Shown here in pieces: positions 47,931 to 56,745 of a DNA stretch of 64,000 nucleotides. This DNA comes from Myxococcota bacterium (GTDB taxonomy: Bacteria > Myxococcota_A > SURF-8). The stretch lies in contig CAXXQS010000002.1 in the NCBI GenBank assembly GCA_963674735.2, positions 544,001 to 608,000 on the forward strand, in the 5' to 3' direction. Under the pieces are notes generated by a model that was not told the DNA's origin, did not search any database, and saw only the letters and a program-made list of their open reading frames with translations. Every line of letters starts with the position of its first letter. The stretch's first letter is position 1. Made by a program: the position numbers and the translations under genes.

Positions 47931-48122
47931 ATGTCCTGCCTGGAAGTTCGGGTATCGGACGATCTGGAGCGCGCGCTGCGGGCTCTGAAGAAGAAGATGG
48001 CCCAAGAAGGCATCTACAAAGAGATGAAGAAGCGCCGCTTTTACGAGAAGCCGTCCGTGCGCCGCAAGCGGAAGTCGGACGAAGCCGAGCGCCGTCGCCG
48101 GAAAAACGCCGCTCGCCGCTAA
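47931..48122 (+). CDS. rpsU: 30S ribosomal protein S21
   Basis: LERALRALKKKMAQEGIYKEMKKRRFYEKPSVRRKRK. Alternative start at 47901. Confidence 0.96.
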   Translation: MSCLEVRVSDDLERALRALKKKMAQEGIYKEMKKRRFYEKPSVRRKRKSDEAERRRRKNAARR

Positions 48123-48158
48123 TCTTCAAACGACTCTTACACGAGAAATGGACATTCC

Positions 48159-48182
48159 GAGCCCGTTATGGGCTCTTTTTTT
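48159..48182 (+). terminator. Intrinsic terminator after rpsU
   Basis: GAGCCC-GTTAT-GGGCTC followed by T7. Confidence 0.8.
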
Positions 48183-48272
48183 ATGCTTTTTCCGCCAGAT
48201 AGAGTTCTTGCCCGAACGGCCTGTCTTCCCTATAATCATCTCCACACTCACCAACGCAAGGAGTTGTCAGGC

Positions 48273-49772
48273 ATGATTCCCGGTCGCCGTTCTCGGTTGC
48301 ACCCCCACCTTTTCATTTTGGTGATCTTCGCCGCCGTCACGGTCGTTCCTGACACGGTCCTAGCCGGCAAGCAAGCCTTTCCTTGGTGGGCGGGTTGCCT
48401 GAACCTGCGCATGGATTCACACTATCTCGGATTCTGGCACCACGCCTCGCTCGTCCTTTGGAGCACGACGCTGATCCTGGCGCTGACGGTCTTGCCCTCC
48501 AGCCTGCTCGATTTTCGACGTAAAGGTGGATTCACCGCGAAAAGCCGACTCCTTTTTCCCTTGTTCCTGGCACTTTTACCGCTTATTACGACCGGAATCG
48601 GTATGTTGGCCGACCCGAGCAATCTTTCCCTGCTGGCCGAAAGCCTCGCACCCGTTGGAGGAGGCAACCCACGCGACATTCTGGCAAACGGTTTGTGGGC
48701 CGATCTGTTTCGCGGCCTGGCTCCGCAGGCCGACCTGATCACCACTTTCAACGGACTGTTCGCCGGTCTGGCCATCGCATTGACGGCCGTTGCCGCCGGA
48801 CTGATCTGGCAAAACACGCCAACCGCCTTTGTCGCGGCTTGTCTGGCCGGGCTGGGCGCGCTGCCGCTGGCCCACCTGGGAAGCGACGGCCCCGACATGC
48901 GCTTCGCTGTCCTGGGGCTTTTGCCGGTCGTCGCCGGTCTGTCGATCAAACACGGACATCGTTGGGCCTGGATCACGCTATCGCTTTCCATTCCCATGAT
49001 CGCCCTCAGCCTATTCGCCGGAAACGGTTTCACGTGGGAACCCGTTTCATTTGAACGGTTCCCCGCCGCATTCGGCCCCTTTTCGGCCTTCCTCGTCCTG
49101 GCGCTGGCGGCTGGATGTGTATTCGCCGTCAAAACGAGAGCTTACCTGGCTTTACTCGCTCCGTTTGCGGGGGTCGCGATGGTCGTTCTCAGCGGCCAGA
49201 CAGCCTGGTTGGTCTGCGCCTGGATGCTTCTCATGGTGACGGTCGCCGGTGGCATACACGGATTGTCCCGCTTGGCCGGAAAACCGGCAGGCTGGGTGAT
49301 GGCGGGCTGGGTTCTCGTCATCCTGCTGCCCGGCTGGTTCGACCGGGCCGCACAGCCGTCTTCCATCGGCCAAGTCGAGTACCGCTTCCTGGCGGAATTC
49401 GTGGATCAATTGGAGGAAGAGGAGGCGGTGCTGTACCTGCTCGGGCAACAGCCGCAGGAAACCAGCCGGTTTCCGGCAACCCTGGCGCGCCCGCAAGATC
49501 CGCTTTGTCTGCGCGCCGCCGTGGATTTCCCGCGCGATCCCGCCAATCACGGCCCGCAATGGCTGTACGCCGGTCCCGACTCCGACACCAGCACGCGTTC
49601 GTCTCATCTGACACCGGATGATTGGACTTTTTTCAGGAAGATCTATCGCCTGGAGCAGCTTCAGACCGTCTCGTTATGGGAAAGCGATGCACACGGCCGG
49701 CCGTTACGCCATCGCACGGCCCGTCTGGCACGTCTGGGCCCGTTACGCTCGACATCCGCCCAAGGCGACTAA
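48273..49772 (+). CDS. Multi-pass membrane protein of unknown function
   Basis: Probable start MIPGRR after AAGGAG. About 11 hydrophobic segments and a soluble C-terminal domain. Confidence 0.7.
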   Translation: MIPGRRSRLHPHLFILVIFAAVTVVPDTVLAGKQAFPWWAGCLNLRMDSHYLGFWHHASLVLWSTTLILALTVLPSSLLDFRRKGGFTAKSRLLFPLFLALLPLITTGIGMLADPSNLSLLAESLAPVGGGNPRDILANGLWADLFRGLAPQADLITTFNGLFAGLAIALTAVAAGLIWQNTPTAFVAACLAGLGALPLAHLGSDGPDMRFAVLGLLPVVAGLSIKHGHRWAWITLSLSIPMIALSLFAGNGFTWEPVSFERFPAAFGPFSAFLVLALAAGCVFAVKTRAYLALLAPFAGVAMVVLSGQTAWLVCAWMLLMVTVAGGIHGLSRLAGKPAGWVMAGWVLVILLPGWFDRAAQPSSIGQVEYRFLAEFVDQLEEEEAVLYLLGQQPQETSRFPATLARPQDPLCLRAAVDFPRDPANHGPQWLYAGPDSDTSTRSSHLTPDDWTFFRKIYRLEQLQTVSLWESDAHGRPLRHRTARLARLGPLRSTSAQGD

Positions 49773-49821
49773 AAACGCCCCGATACCCGAGGAACAATAT
49801 TCTTCCGGCTAGCCGGTGATT

Positions 49822-50415
49822 TCAGATGGTGTGATCGGTCACCAACCGCTGGTAGGCTTCGCGTGGCCAGACGATGCGTACCCAAACCACATACACTTTC
49901 TGCCCGGCCGTTTCCCAAATTTCGTAATACACCTTATCCAGATCGATGCCGTCCGCCTTCACCGGCTTGCCATCCAGCCAAACCACGGCAGTCGGAACGA
50001 GATGCATGCGGTCGTCGATCAGGGTGGCGTCCAGACCGACTTCCATCCGAACTTTATCGCCGAAACGTCGTTTGACAAGCTCGGTCGCCCCCACGAACAA
50101 AGCACGTTGGTGGGCATCGACCAGGTCTTTCACGCTGCTGCCCTTGCCGATCTGGACAAAACGCGACGCCTCGTCCGCAGTCAATTTTCCAACCCAAGCA
50201 GGTGTTTGCTCCTCCGACTGGAAAACCGGTTTCAGCTTTTCAGTCTCGCTTTTCGTCTCAGACCCGGTTGCGCCTGGAGCCTTGGCTTCGTCTTTCGCCT
50301 GGGCCAAGCCGTCGAAACTCCAGCCAGCCAGCAGTAGCAGCAGAATCGAGACGATGTGGCCGACATAGCGCCATCCATAATGGGACCGACGGCCGTATAT
50401 TTGTTTGAAATTCAC
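49822..50415 (-). CDS. Hypothetical exported protein
   Basis: GTG start overlapping the upstream stop. Hydrophobic segment and AQA cleavage-like site. Confidence 0.6.
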   Translation of the reverse strand: MNFKQIYGRRSHYGWRYVGHIVSILLLLLAGWSFDGLAQAKDEAKAPGATGSETKSETEKLKPVFQSEEQTPAWVGKLTADEASRFVQIGKGSSVKDLVDAHQRALFVGATELVKRRFGDKVRMEVGLDATLIDDRMHLVPTAVVWLDGKPVKADGIDLDKVYYEIWETAGQKVYVVWVRIVWPREAYQRLVTDHTI

Positions 50416-50810
50416 GTCCCCTCCCCTTCATCCGTATCGTCTTTTCCCGCAGTTCGCAGCAAACCCAGAGCTCCCAAGGGAATCGCCACCACAAAATTAC
50501 TGACACCCAGGGCGAAACCGTAAGGACTGACCCGCAAACCGAACAGCAACCCGGCAACCAACAGAGCCATCATCCCGTATTTCATCAGAAAACGGACGGC
50601 CAACCCTCCCCGACCGCTTTCCGTCTGTTCCAGCATGCGTTCCAGCATGCGCGCCAGCAGCCAGAAATTCAACGATCCCACCAGCGCTCCGGCCGCAACG
50701 CCGGAAACATGCTCCGCACCCATCAGCGGCCAGGCCGCCAAAACAAGCAGCACGCCCAGCCCGATGCTCCACCCCAAAATGCGCTGAATTTTCGGATCCT
50801 GCATAATCAC
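50412..50810 (-). CDS. atpI: ATP synthase subunit I (AtpI/UncI)-like membrane protein
   Basis: 132 aa with four TM helices. GALVGSLNFWLL, RFLMKYG and GFALG pattern. Confidence 0.72.
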   Translation of the reverse strand: MIMQDPKIQRILGWSIGLGVLLVLAAWPLMGAEHVSGVAAGALVGSLNFWLLARMLERMLEQTESGRGGLAVRFLMKYGMMALLVAGLLFGLRVSPYGFALGVSNFVVAIPLGALGLLRTAGKDDTDEGEGT

Positions 50811-50986
50811 CCGCTACACGTCCGGCCGACTTTCATTCGGTTGACATCGCTTTTGCAACACCCTACACTACTTCACATGGTTTTGAAAACACTTGTGCAC
50901 GAGACGGGATCGCTCGGACCCGCTCCACATCCGTCTCCGATTGAAAACAACCACAGCCCGAAACCCGAGAGGGTAAGGAGGCCAAG

Positions 50987-52072
50987 ATGAAACATTATCT
51001 GCTGTCCGGCATCATGCTGGTCGCCTTCACGACATCTTCCCTTCTCTGGGCGCAAAGCCCGGCTCCCGACTGCCCTCCGCAAATCACGCAGGCCGACGCC
51101 TTCAAAGACAAAGGCCGGGCCTTGATGGAAAAACAGGCCTACAAGGACGCGATACAGGCTTTCACCGAGGCGCTTAAGTTCGAGCCCGATTATAAAGACG
51201 TCTTGATGGATCGAGGCCGCGCCTTGATGGAACTCGGTCGCTTTCAGGAAGCCAAAGCCGATTTCACCAAACTAGCCGAAATGGACACGGGCAACGCCTT
51301 GGCTCAGATCAAAATCGGCGATGCCTGTTTCGAATTGAAGGAGACCGACTCGGCACTGGCCGCCTACCAACAGGCGCTCGCCGTCGCTCCCGACAACGCG
51401 CTCGGGTACGAACGTCTTTACGGCCTGTACGACAACAATCAACAGTGGGAGCCCGCCGCCAAGCTGATCGCCGACGGCTTGAAAATCTTGCCTGAAAACC
51501 TCAATCTCCGGCTTTTTCACGCCGATATTCTAATGAAAACCGGCAAACGGGAAGAAGCCGTGGTCGTTCTTAAAAAGTTGGCCGAACGCCCCGATGCCCC
51601 CACGAAACTGTTCCTCAACTTAGCGACGGCCCTCAGAGCCGACGATGCCTCGGCCGCGCACGAATACGCGCTGAAAGCCTATGAACGCGATAACGGCAGC
51701 CTGGCGGCCCTTTTGCTTGCCGATGAAAATCTCGATAACGGCAACACCGACAAAGCCGCCGGTTACCTGAAAACGCTGCGGCCCGATGCCGCTTCATCGA
51801 AAGACATCGTCTTCGCGCGCCTGCGTCTCGACGTCGGCCGATCCGACCGTGGCGCGTTGAGCGGCCATCTCGAACAAGCCAAGCAACTCGACCCGCGCAA
51901 TCCCGAATGGATGCTGAAGCTTGCATATGTCATCGAGCCGCTTGAACGGGATACCGCTCGAAAACTGGCATCCCGCGCCCAAGCCCTGTATGAGGAAACG
52001 GGCGATGCGAATGGGGTCGAAAAAGCCAAAGGCAGCCTGCGAAAATTCGAACGTCCTGCGGACGCTCCCTGA
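50987..52072 (+). CDS. Exported TPR-repeat protein
   Basis: AAGGAGG RBS, signal peptide and multiple canonical TPRs. Confidence 0.85.
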   Translation: MKHYLLSGIMLVAFTTSSLLWAQSPAPDCPPQITQADAFKDKGRALMEKQAYKDAIQAFTEALKFEPDYKDVLMDRGRALMELGRFQEAKADFTKLAEMDTGNALAQIKIGDACFELKETDSALAAYQQALAVAPDNALGYERLYGLYDNNQQWEPAAKLIADGLKILPENLNLRLFHADILMKTGKREEAVVVLKKLAERPDAPTKLFLNLATALRADDASAAHEYALKAYERDNGSLAALLLADENLDNGNTDKAAGYLKTLRPDAASSKDIVFARLRLDVGRSDRGALSGHLEQAKQLDPRNPEWMLKLAYVIEPLERDTARKLASRAQALYEETGDANGVEKAKGSLRKFERPADAP

Positions 52073-52110
52073 TCCTCTGCAAGACAGACGCATTTTCTGA
52101 AAGCAAATGC

Positions 52111-52139
52111 TTGACAAAGCCGCTGTGGCTGATTATCAT
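52111..52139 (+). promoter_or_regulatory. sigma70 promoter of tRNA-Met
   Basis: TTGACA-17 nt-TATCAT followed by a GC-rich discriminator. Confidence 0.75.
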
Positions 52140-52162
52140 CCGCAGCCTCGATAGCGGTTCGA

Positions 52163-52239
52163 GGCGGAGTAGCTCAGGAGGTTAGAGCATGCGGCTCATA
52201 TCCGCAGTGTCGGGGGTTCAAGTCCCTCCTCCGCTACCA
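52163..52239 (+). tRNA. tRNA-Met (CAT), elongator type
   Basis: 77 nt cloverleaf: GGCGGAG/CTCCGCT acceptor, TGCGG-CTCATAT-CCGCA anticodon arm, GTTCAA T loop, encoded CCA. Lacks the initiator GGG/CCC pairs and the C1 mismatch. Ile2 cannot be strictly excluded. Confidence 0.95.
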
Positions 52240-52245
52240 GATATT

Positions 52246-52273
52246 AAGGCTTGAAGGTTTCCTTCAAGCCTTT
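52246..52273 (+). terminator. Terminator-like hairpin after the tRNA
   Basis: AAGGCTTGAAGG-TTT-CCTTCAAGCCTT perfect 12-bp stem. Confidence 0.75.
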
Positions 52274-52331
52274 CCTTTGCCATTCTCCGGCCACATAGCC
52301 GGTTCACGTTTTCGCCTGCTGGATCCCAGTC

Positions 52332-54290
52332 ATGATCAATGTTGCCAATCTTTCGATCGGATACGCCAAACAAGACGTGCTCAAATCCGTCAATTGGTTC
52401 GTCGGTCCCCACGACCGCGTCGGTCTGGTCGGCAACAACGGTTCGGGAAAATCCACCCTGATGAAAATCATCGCCGGGTTGATCACGCCCGATGAAGGCG
52501 ATGTCGTCTACCAGAAGGGGATGACCTTCGGGTATCTGCCGCAGGACGGGATTGTGCACGCCGGGAGTACACTCTTCAACGAGGCCAGCAGCGTTTTCGG
52601 CGATCTGCTGGCTTTGCAGAAAGAAGAGCGCCAGTTGATGGCCCAGCTCGAATCCTTGCCCGACGGCGATCCCGCCCATCATGAAAAGGGCATGCGGCTG
52701 GGTGAAATCCACGACCGTCTGCGCCACCTGGGCGTCTATCAGCTCGAAGACAAAGTGGAAAAGGTTTTAATCGGCCTGGGTTTCCACCACGATGACATGC
52801 AACGCCGCTGCGACGAGTTTTCCGGCGGCTGGCAGATGCGCATCGCCCTGGCCAAGATTCTGCTCGCCGAACCCAACATGCTGCTGCTGGATGAACCCAC
52901 CAATTACCTCGACATCGAGGCGCGCGTCTTTCTGCAGCAGTGGTTGACCAACTACCCCCATGCCGTCATTCTGGTCAGCCATGACCGCCACTTCCTCGAC
53001 CAGGTGGTCATGCGCATCACCGATATCCATGACGGCAAACTCACCGATTATCATTGCAATTACAGCCGCTATCTGGTGGAACGCGAAGAGCGTCTGGAAC
53101 GTTTGCGCGCTCAGGCGGAGCGCGTCGAAGCCGAACGGGAACGGCTGCAGTTGTTCATCGATCGTTTCCGCTACAAGGCCGACAAAGCCGCGATGGTGCA
53201 GTCACGCGTCAAACAGCTTGAAAAGCTGGATAAGATCGAGCTTCCCAGCGTACGCAAAAAGATCCGCTTCGATTTCCCGCAACCCGTGCGCGCCGGCAAG
53301 ATCGTCATCGATGCCGAGAATCTGGCGGCGGGTTACGGCAACGGACCGGACATCTTTCACAATGTGAATTTCAAACTGGCACGCGGAGAAAAGGTCGCCC
53401 TCGTCGGTGTCAACGGTGCGGGAAAAACCACCCTGATCCGCCTGCTGGCCAAGGAACTGACCGCGCGAAAGGGTGAATTCTCCCTCGGTTACAACGTCGA
53501 CCTCGATTATTTCGCCCAGGACGTCCATCAGCAACTCGATCCCGAGCTTTCGGTTTACCGCACCCTGGAACGCAGTTGTCCCTTCGATATGGTCCCCAAA
53601 CTGCGCAACCTGCTCGGAGCTTTCCTCTTTTCGGGCGACGACATCGAAAAGAAGGTGGCGGTGCTTTCAGGCGGCGAGCGTAACCGGCTGGCGCTGGCGC
53701 GCATGCTGCTGGTTCCCTCCAATCTACTGCTGCTGGATGAACCCACCAACCATCTCGATATCGACGCCAAGGAAGTGTTGCTGCAGGCATTGCGCAAGTT
53801 CAGCGGCACGGTGCTGTTCGTCTCCCACGACCGCTACTTCCTCGACCATCTGGCCACCAAGGTTTTCGCCATCAAAGATGGTGAAATGATCATGTATCCC
53901 GGCAATTACATCGAGTTTCTCGACTATCTGGAGCGCGAGGGCCTGTCTGAAAATCCTCAAACTCCGACCGAAGCCACCCCGGCCGAATTATCCAAACAGG
54001 CCGAAAAAGACAAGCGGGTGCGCAACTGGAAGGAAGAGAAACGCCGAAAACGCGAAAGCGAACGCCTCACGCGGCTGATCGACGAACTGGAAGAGGAAAT
54101 CGATCGCAAAGAGGAAGGGTCCAAAACCCTGCTGCATCAAATGGCCGAACCGCAATACGCCACCAACTTCGGCGAACTCGAAAAGCTTTCCACGCTAAAG
54201 GCCGGTTTCGACAAGGAAATCGAAGCGTTGACCGCCCGTTGGGAGGAAGCCGCCGCTCAATTGGAAGCGCTGGAGGCCGACGAGGCCTGA
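52332..54290 (+). CDS. ABC-F family ATPase (ribosome-associated, YheS/Uup-like)
   Basis: Two ABC cassettes (GNNGSGKST, FSGGWQMR, LDEPTN; GVNGAGKTT, LSGGE, LDEPTNHLD), no TM segments, coiled-coil tail. Confidence 0.95.
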   Translation: MINVANLSIGYAKQDVLKSVNWFVGPHDRVGLVGNNGSGKSTLMKIIAGLITPDEGDVVYQKGMTFGYLPQDGIVHAGSTLFNEASSVFGDLLALQKEERQLMAQLESLPDGDPAHHEKGMRLGEIHDRLRHLGVYQLEDKVEKVLIGLGFHHDDMQRRCDEFSGGWQMRIALAKILLAEPNMLLLDEPTNYLDIEARVFLQQWLTNYPHAVILVSHDRHFLDQVVMRITDIHDGKLTDYHCNYSRYLVEREERLERLRAQAERVEAERERLQLFIDRFRYKADKAAMVQSRVKQLEKLDKIELPSVRKKIRFDFPQPVRAGKIVIDAENLAAGYGNGPDIFHNVNFKLARGEKVALVGVNGAGKTTLIRLLAKELTARKGEFSLGYNVDLDYFAQDVHQQLDPELSVYRTLERSCPFDMVPKLRNLLGAFLFSGDDIEKKVAVLSGGERNRLALARMLLVPSNLLLLDEPTNHLDIDAKEVLLQALRKFSGTVLFVSHDRYFLDHLATKVFAIKDGEMIMYPGNYIEFLDYLEREGLSENPQTPTEATPAELSKQAEKDKRVRNWKEEKRRKRESERLTRLIDELEEEIDRKEEGSKTLLHQMAEPQYATNFGELEKLSTLKAGFDKEIEALTARWEEAAAQLEALEADEA

Positions 54291-54314
54291 TTCGAAACGC
54301 CCTTTCGCCGCCGC

Positions 54315-55406
54315 TCAGTTCAGTTCCAACATCCGTTCCAATGCTAACAAGGCTTCGCCGCGCACCGGCTCATCCACACGGATGATGTTGCCGCCGCCTT
54401 CCTCCAAAACGTCCAGGGTATAGGCCAGATCGTTCAGAGTGGTGCGGAACATGTTGACGCACATCGGACAGGCGTCGCGTTGCAGCGGCAAAATGGTATG
54501 GTCGGGGAATTCATCGATCATGCGCGACACCAGGTTCAGCTCGGTTCCGATGGCAATCGCCGATCCGGCGGGCTGGCGCTTGAGATACTCGATGATCTGT
54601 TTGGTCGAACCCGAGGCATCGGCGGCATCCACCACCTCTTCACGACATTCCGGATGCACGATGATTTTTACATCCGGATACTCGGCGCGACGCGCCTCGA
54701 TATGTTCCAGCGAAAAATTCATATGGACGTGGCAATGTCCCTTCCACAAAATCACCCGCGCCTGGCGCAGAGTCTCGGCATCGTGTCCACCTTGCGGTTT
54801 GGCCGGATCCCACAAAACCACCTGCTTGCGAGGAATCTCTTTGGCGTTGGCCGTATTGCGTCCCAGATGCTGGTCGGGGAAAAAAAAGATCCGCTCCCCA
54901 CGTGAAAAGGCATAGTCGAAGGCTTTATCCGCATTGGAGGACGTACAGATCAGGCCGCCGTTGCGGCCGGTAAAAGCCTTGAGGCGCGCCGTGGAATTCA
55001 TATAGGAAATTGGAATCACCCCAGCGCTATCCACCACGTCTCCGAGTTGCTCCCACGCGCGCAACACCTGCGCTTCCGGGGCCATATCGGCCATGGGACA
55101 ACCGGCGTAGGGGTTAGGCAAATAGACGCGCTGGTCCGGACCCGAGAGGATGTCGGCGCTCTCCGCCATAAAATGAACTCCGCAGAAAACGATGTAACGC
55201 ACCTCTTTCTGGGCGGCCGCCTTGGCCGAAAGGGCATAACTATCGCCGAGATAGTCGCCGAAGGGAACCAATTCCTTGCGTTGGTAATGGTGCGCAAGAA
55301 TCGCCAGACGCTCGCCCAATTCGGCCTTGCGACGGCGAATCACATCTTTGCAGGCTTCCGGCGTCATTGTCCGATAGGCTTCGGGCAGCTCGGTTTGTTT
55401 CGACAT
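54315..55406 (-). CDS. nadA: Quinolinate synthase
   Basis: Probable start MSKQTE at 55406 (AGGAG RBS). ILAHHYQR, FCGVHFMAE, AGCPMADM, CTSSNA, GHCHVH, VHPEC. Confidence 0.97.
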   Translation of the reverse strand: MSKQTELPEAYRTMTPEACKDVIRRRKAELGERLAILAHHYQRKELVPFGDYLGDSYALSAKAAAQKEVRYIVFCGVHFMAESADILSGPDQRVYLPNPYAGCPMADMAPEAQVLRAWEQLGDVVDSAGVIPISYMNSTARLKAFTGRNGGLICTSSNADKAFDYAFSRGERIFFFPDQHLGRNTANAKEIPRKQVVLWDPAKPQGGHDAETLRQARVILWKGHCHVHMNFSLEHIEARRAEYPDVKIIVHPECREEVVDAADASGSTKQIIEYLKRQPAGSAIAIGTELNLVSRMIDEFPDHTILPLQRDACPMCVNMFRTTLNDLAYTLDVLEEGGGNIIRVDEPVRGEALLALERMLELN

Positions 55407-55518
55407 GGTGCACTCCTGCGGCCAAGTTTCGTTAAGGATTTCCCGTTTAGCACGTTCCCGTTTCAAAGACAAGGACTTGCCTGCATTTCCGATCCAAGCT
55501 CTCCAAGTAGTTTCGCCT

Positions 55519-55535
55519 TATAAAATTATTTTATA
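55519..55535. promoter_or_regulatory. Palindromic T-N11-A candidate LysR binding site
   Basis: TATAAAA-TTA-TTTTATA between divergent nadA and the LysR gene. Confidence 0.55.
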
Positions 55536-55660
55536 GCAACAATAAATTTCCTTGCAAATTATGTCGGATTTCAGTAGTATTTTCGCGCTGGTCAGTTTGA
55601 CAGTTAAACCTAAGGCAATCCTTTCGCGGTCCGAAGCGCACGTAGGAGCTCGCCATCTCA

Positions 55661-56632
55661 ATGCTGAATATCTACACGCTACACTATTTTTACGTTACGG
55701 CGCAACATCTCAACTTCAGTAAGGCAGCCAAGCACCTGTACATCACACAACCCGCTCTTTCCAAGCAAATTCAACAGCTTGAGGAACAGCTGCAGGTCCG
55801 CCTCTTCGACCGCACCAAGCGATCGGTGAAGCTGACCGAAGCCGGGCTGGTGCTGCTGGACCATTGCCGCCACATCTTCCAGGCCATCAACACCCTTGAA
55901 ACGGCCATGGATAAATTCCGGAAGGAAGTCCGTGGCAGTCTGCGCATCGCCTCCACGCCTTCGCTGGGCAACTACCTTCTACCCGACTTCCTGAAGGCGT
56001 TCTCCACCCAATTTCCGCAGATCATGTTGCACACGGTGTTCAAGCCGGTGGAGGACGTGGTGCACATGCTGAAAACGGGCGAACTGGATTTCGGCCTCCT
56101 GAATTCCGGGGAAAGCTTCGACGGCCTCAAGCTGAAAAGTATGGCGGGGCAAAATCTGGTGTTCATTTGTTCGCGCAATTGCGAAAATGCGTGTCAATAC
56201 AGTAAAAAGACCACGATCCCAATCAAAGCGCTCGAAAAGTGCCGCTTTCTATCCTTCAGCAAGTCGTCTCAGACTCGCCGCGTGGTAGACAGCCTCGCCC
56301 GTGAGCACGCCGTCCAACTCGACACTGTCGTAGAGTCGGAAAACATCGAAATCATTAAAAGTATGGTGATTCGCGGCATGGGTGGCTCCATCGTCCCGGA
56401 ATGCACGGTCCGCCATGAAGCCGCCGAAAAGCTGCTGACGGTCAAGGTATTGGAAGGGATCGCCATGCGCCGACCGGTGAGTTTGTATTACAAGCAGGAT
56501 CTGAACTTCACGAAAGCGCATGAAGAATTCCTGAATATTTTCGACGCGTTTTCGAAAATCCCGTCCGACGAGGCGGAGACCAAACAAACCAAGAAGACCG
56601 GGAACACCAAGCGGGCAGCCATCCATCAGTAA
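55661..56632 (+). CDS. LysR family transcriptional regulator
   Basis: NFSKAAKHLYITQPALSKQIQQLE...LFDRTKRSVKLTEAG plus a substrate-binding domain. Confidence 0.96.
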   Translation: MLNIYTLHYFYVTAQHLNFSKAAKHLYITQPALSKQIQQLEEQLQVRLFDRTKRSVKLTEAGLVLLDHCRHIFQAINTLETAMDKFRKEVRGSLRIASTPSLGNYLLPDFLKAFSTQFPQIMLHTVFKPVEDVVHMLKTGELDFGLLNSGESFDGLKLKSMAGQNLVFICSRNCENACQYSKKTTIPIKALEKCRFLSFSKSSQTRRVVDSLAREHAVQLDTVVESENIEIIKSMVIRGMGGSIVPECTVRHEAAEKLLTVKVLEGIAMRRPVSLYYKQDLNFTKAHEEFLNIFDAFSKIPSDEAETKQTKKTGNTKRAAIHQ

Positions 56633-56662
56633 GGAATTCGGCTCTCTATTCACGTCTAATTC

Positions 56663-56692
56663 TTGACAAAGCGTCAGTTGCTTCATTATCAT
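56663..56692 (+). promoter_or_regulatory. Putative sigma70 promoter
   Basis: TTGACA-18 nt-TATCAT, closely resembling the tRNA promoter. Confidence 0.6.
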
Positions 56693-56745
56693 CGGTTTTC
56701 CGACCCGCAAAAAACACCTCGGGTTGACGCAGGACAACGGAATTG

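Noticed and set aside
52163-52330. tRNA-Met as an island integration site
   Set aside because: No integrase nearby and no duplicated tRNA 3' end noticed. The flanks are housekeeping genes.
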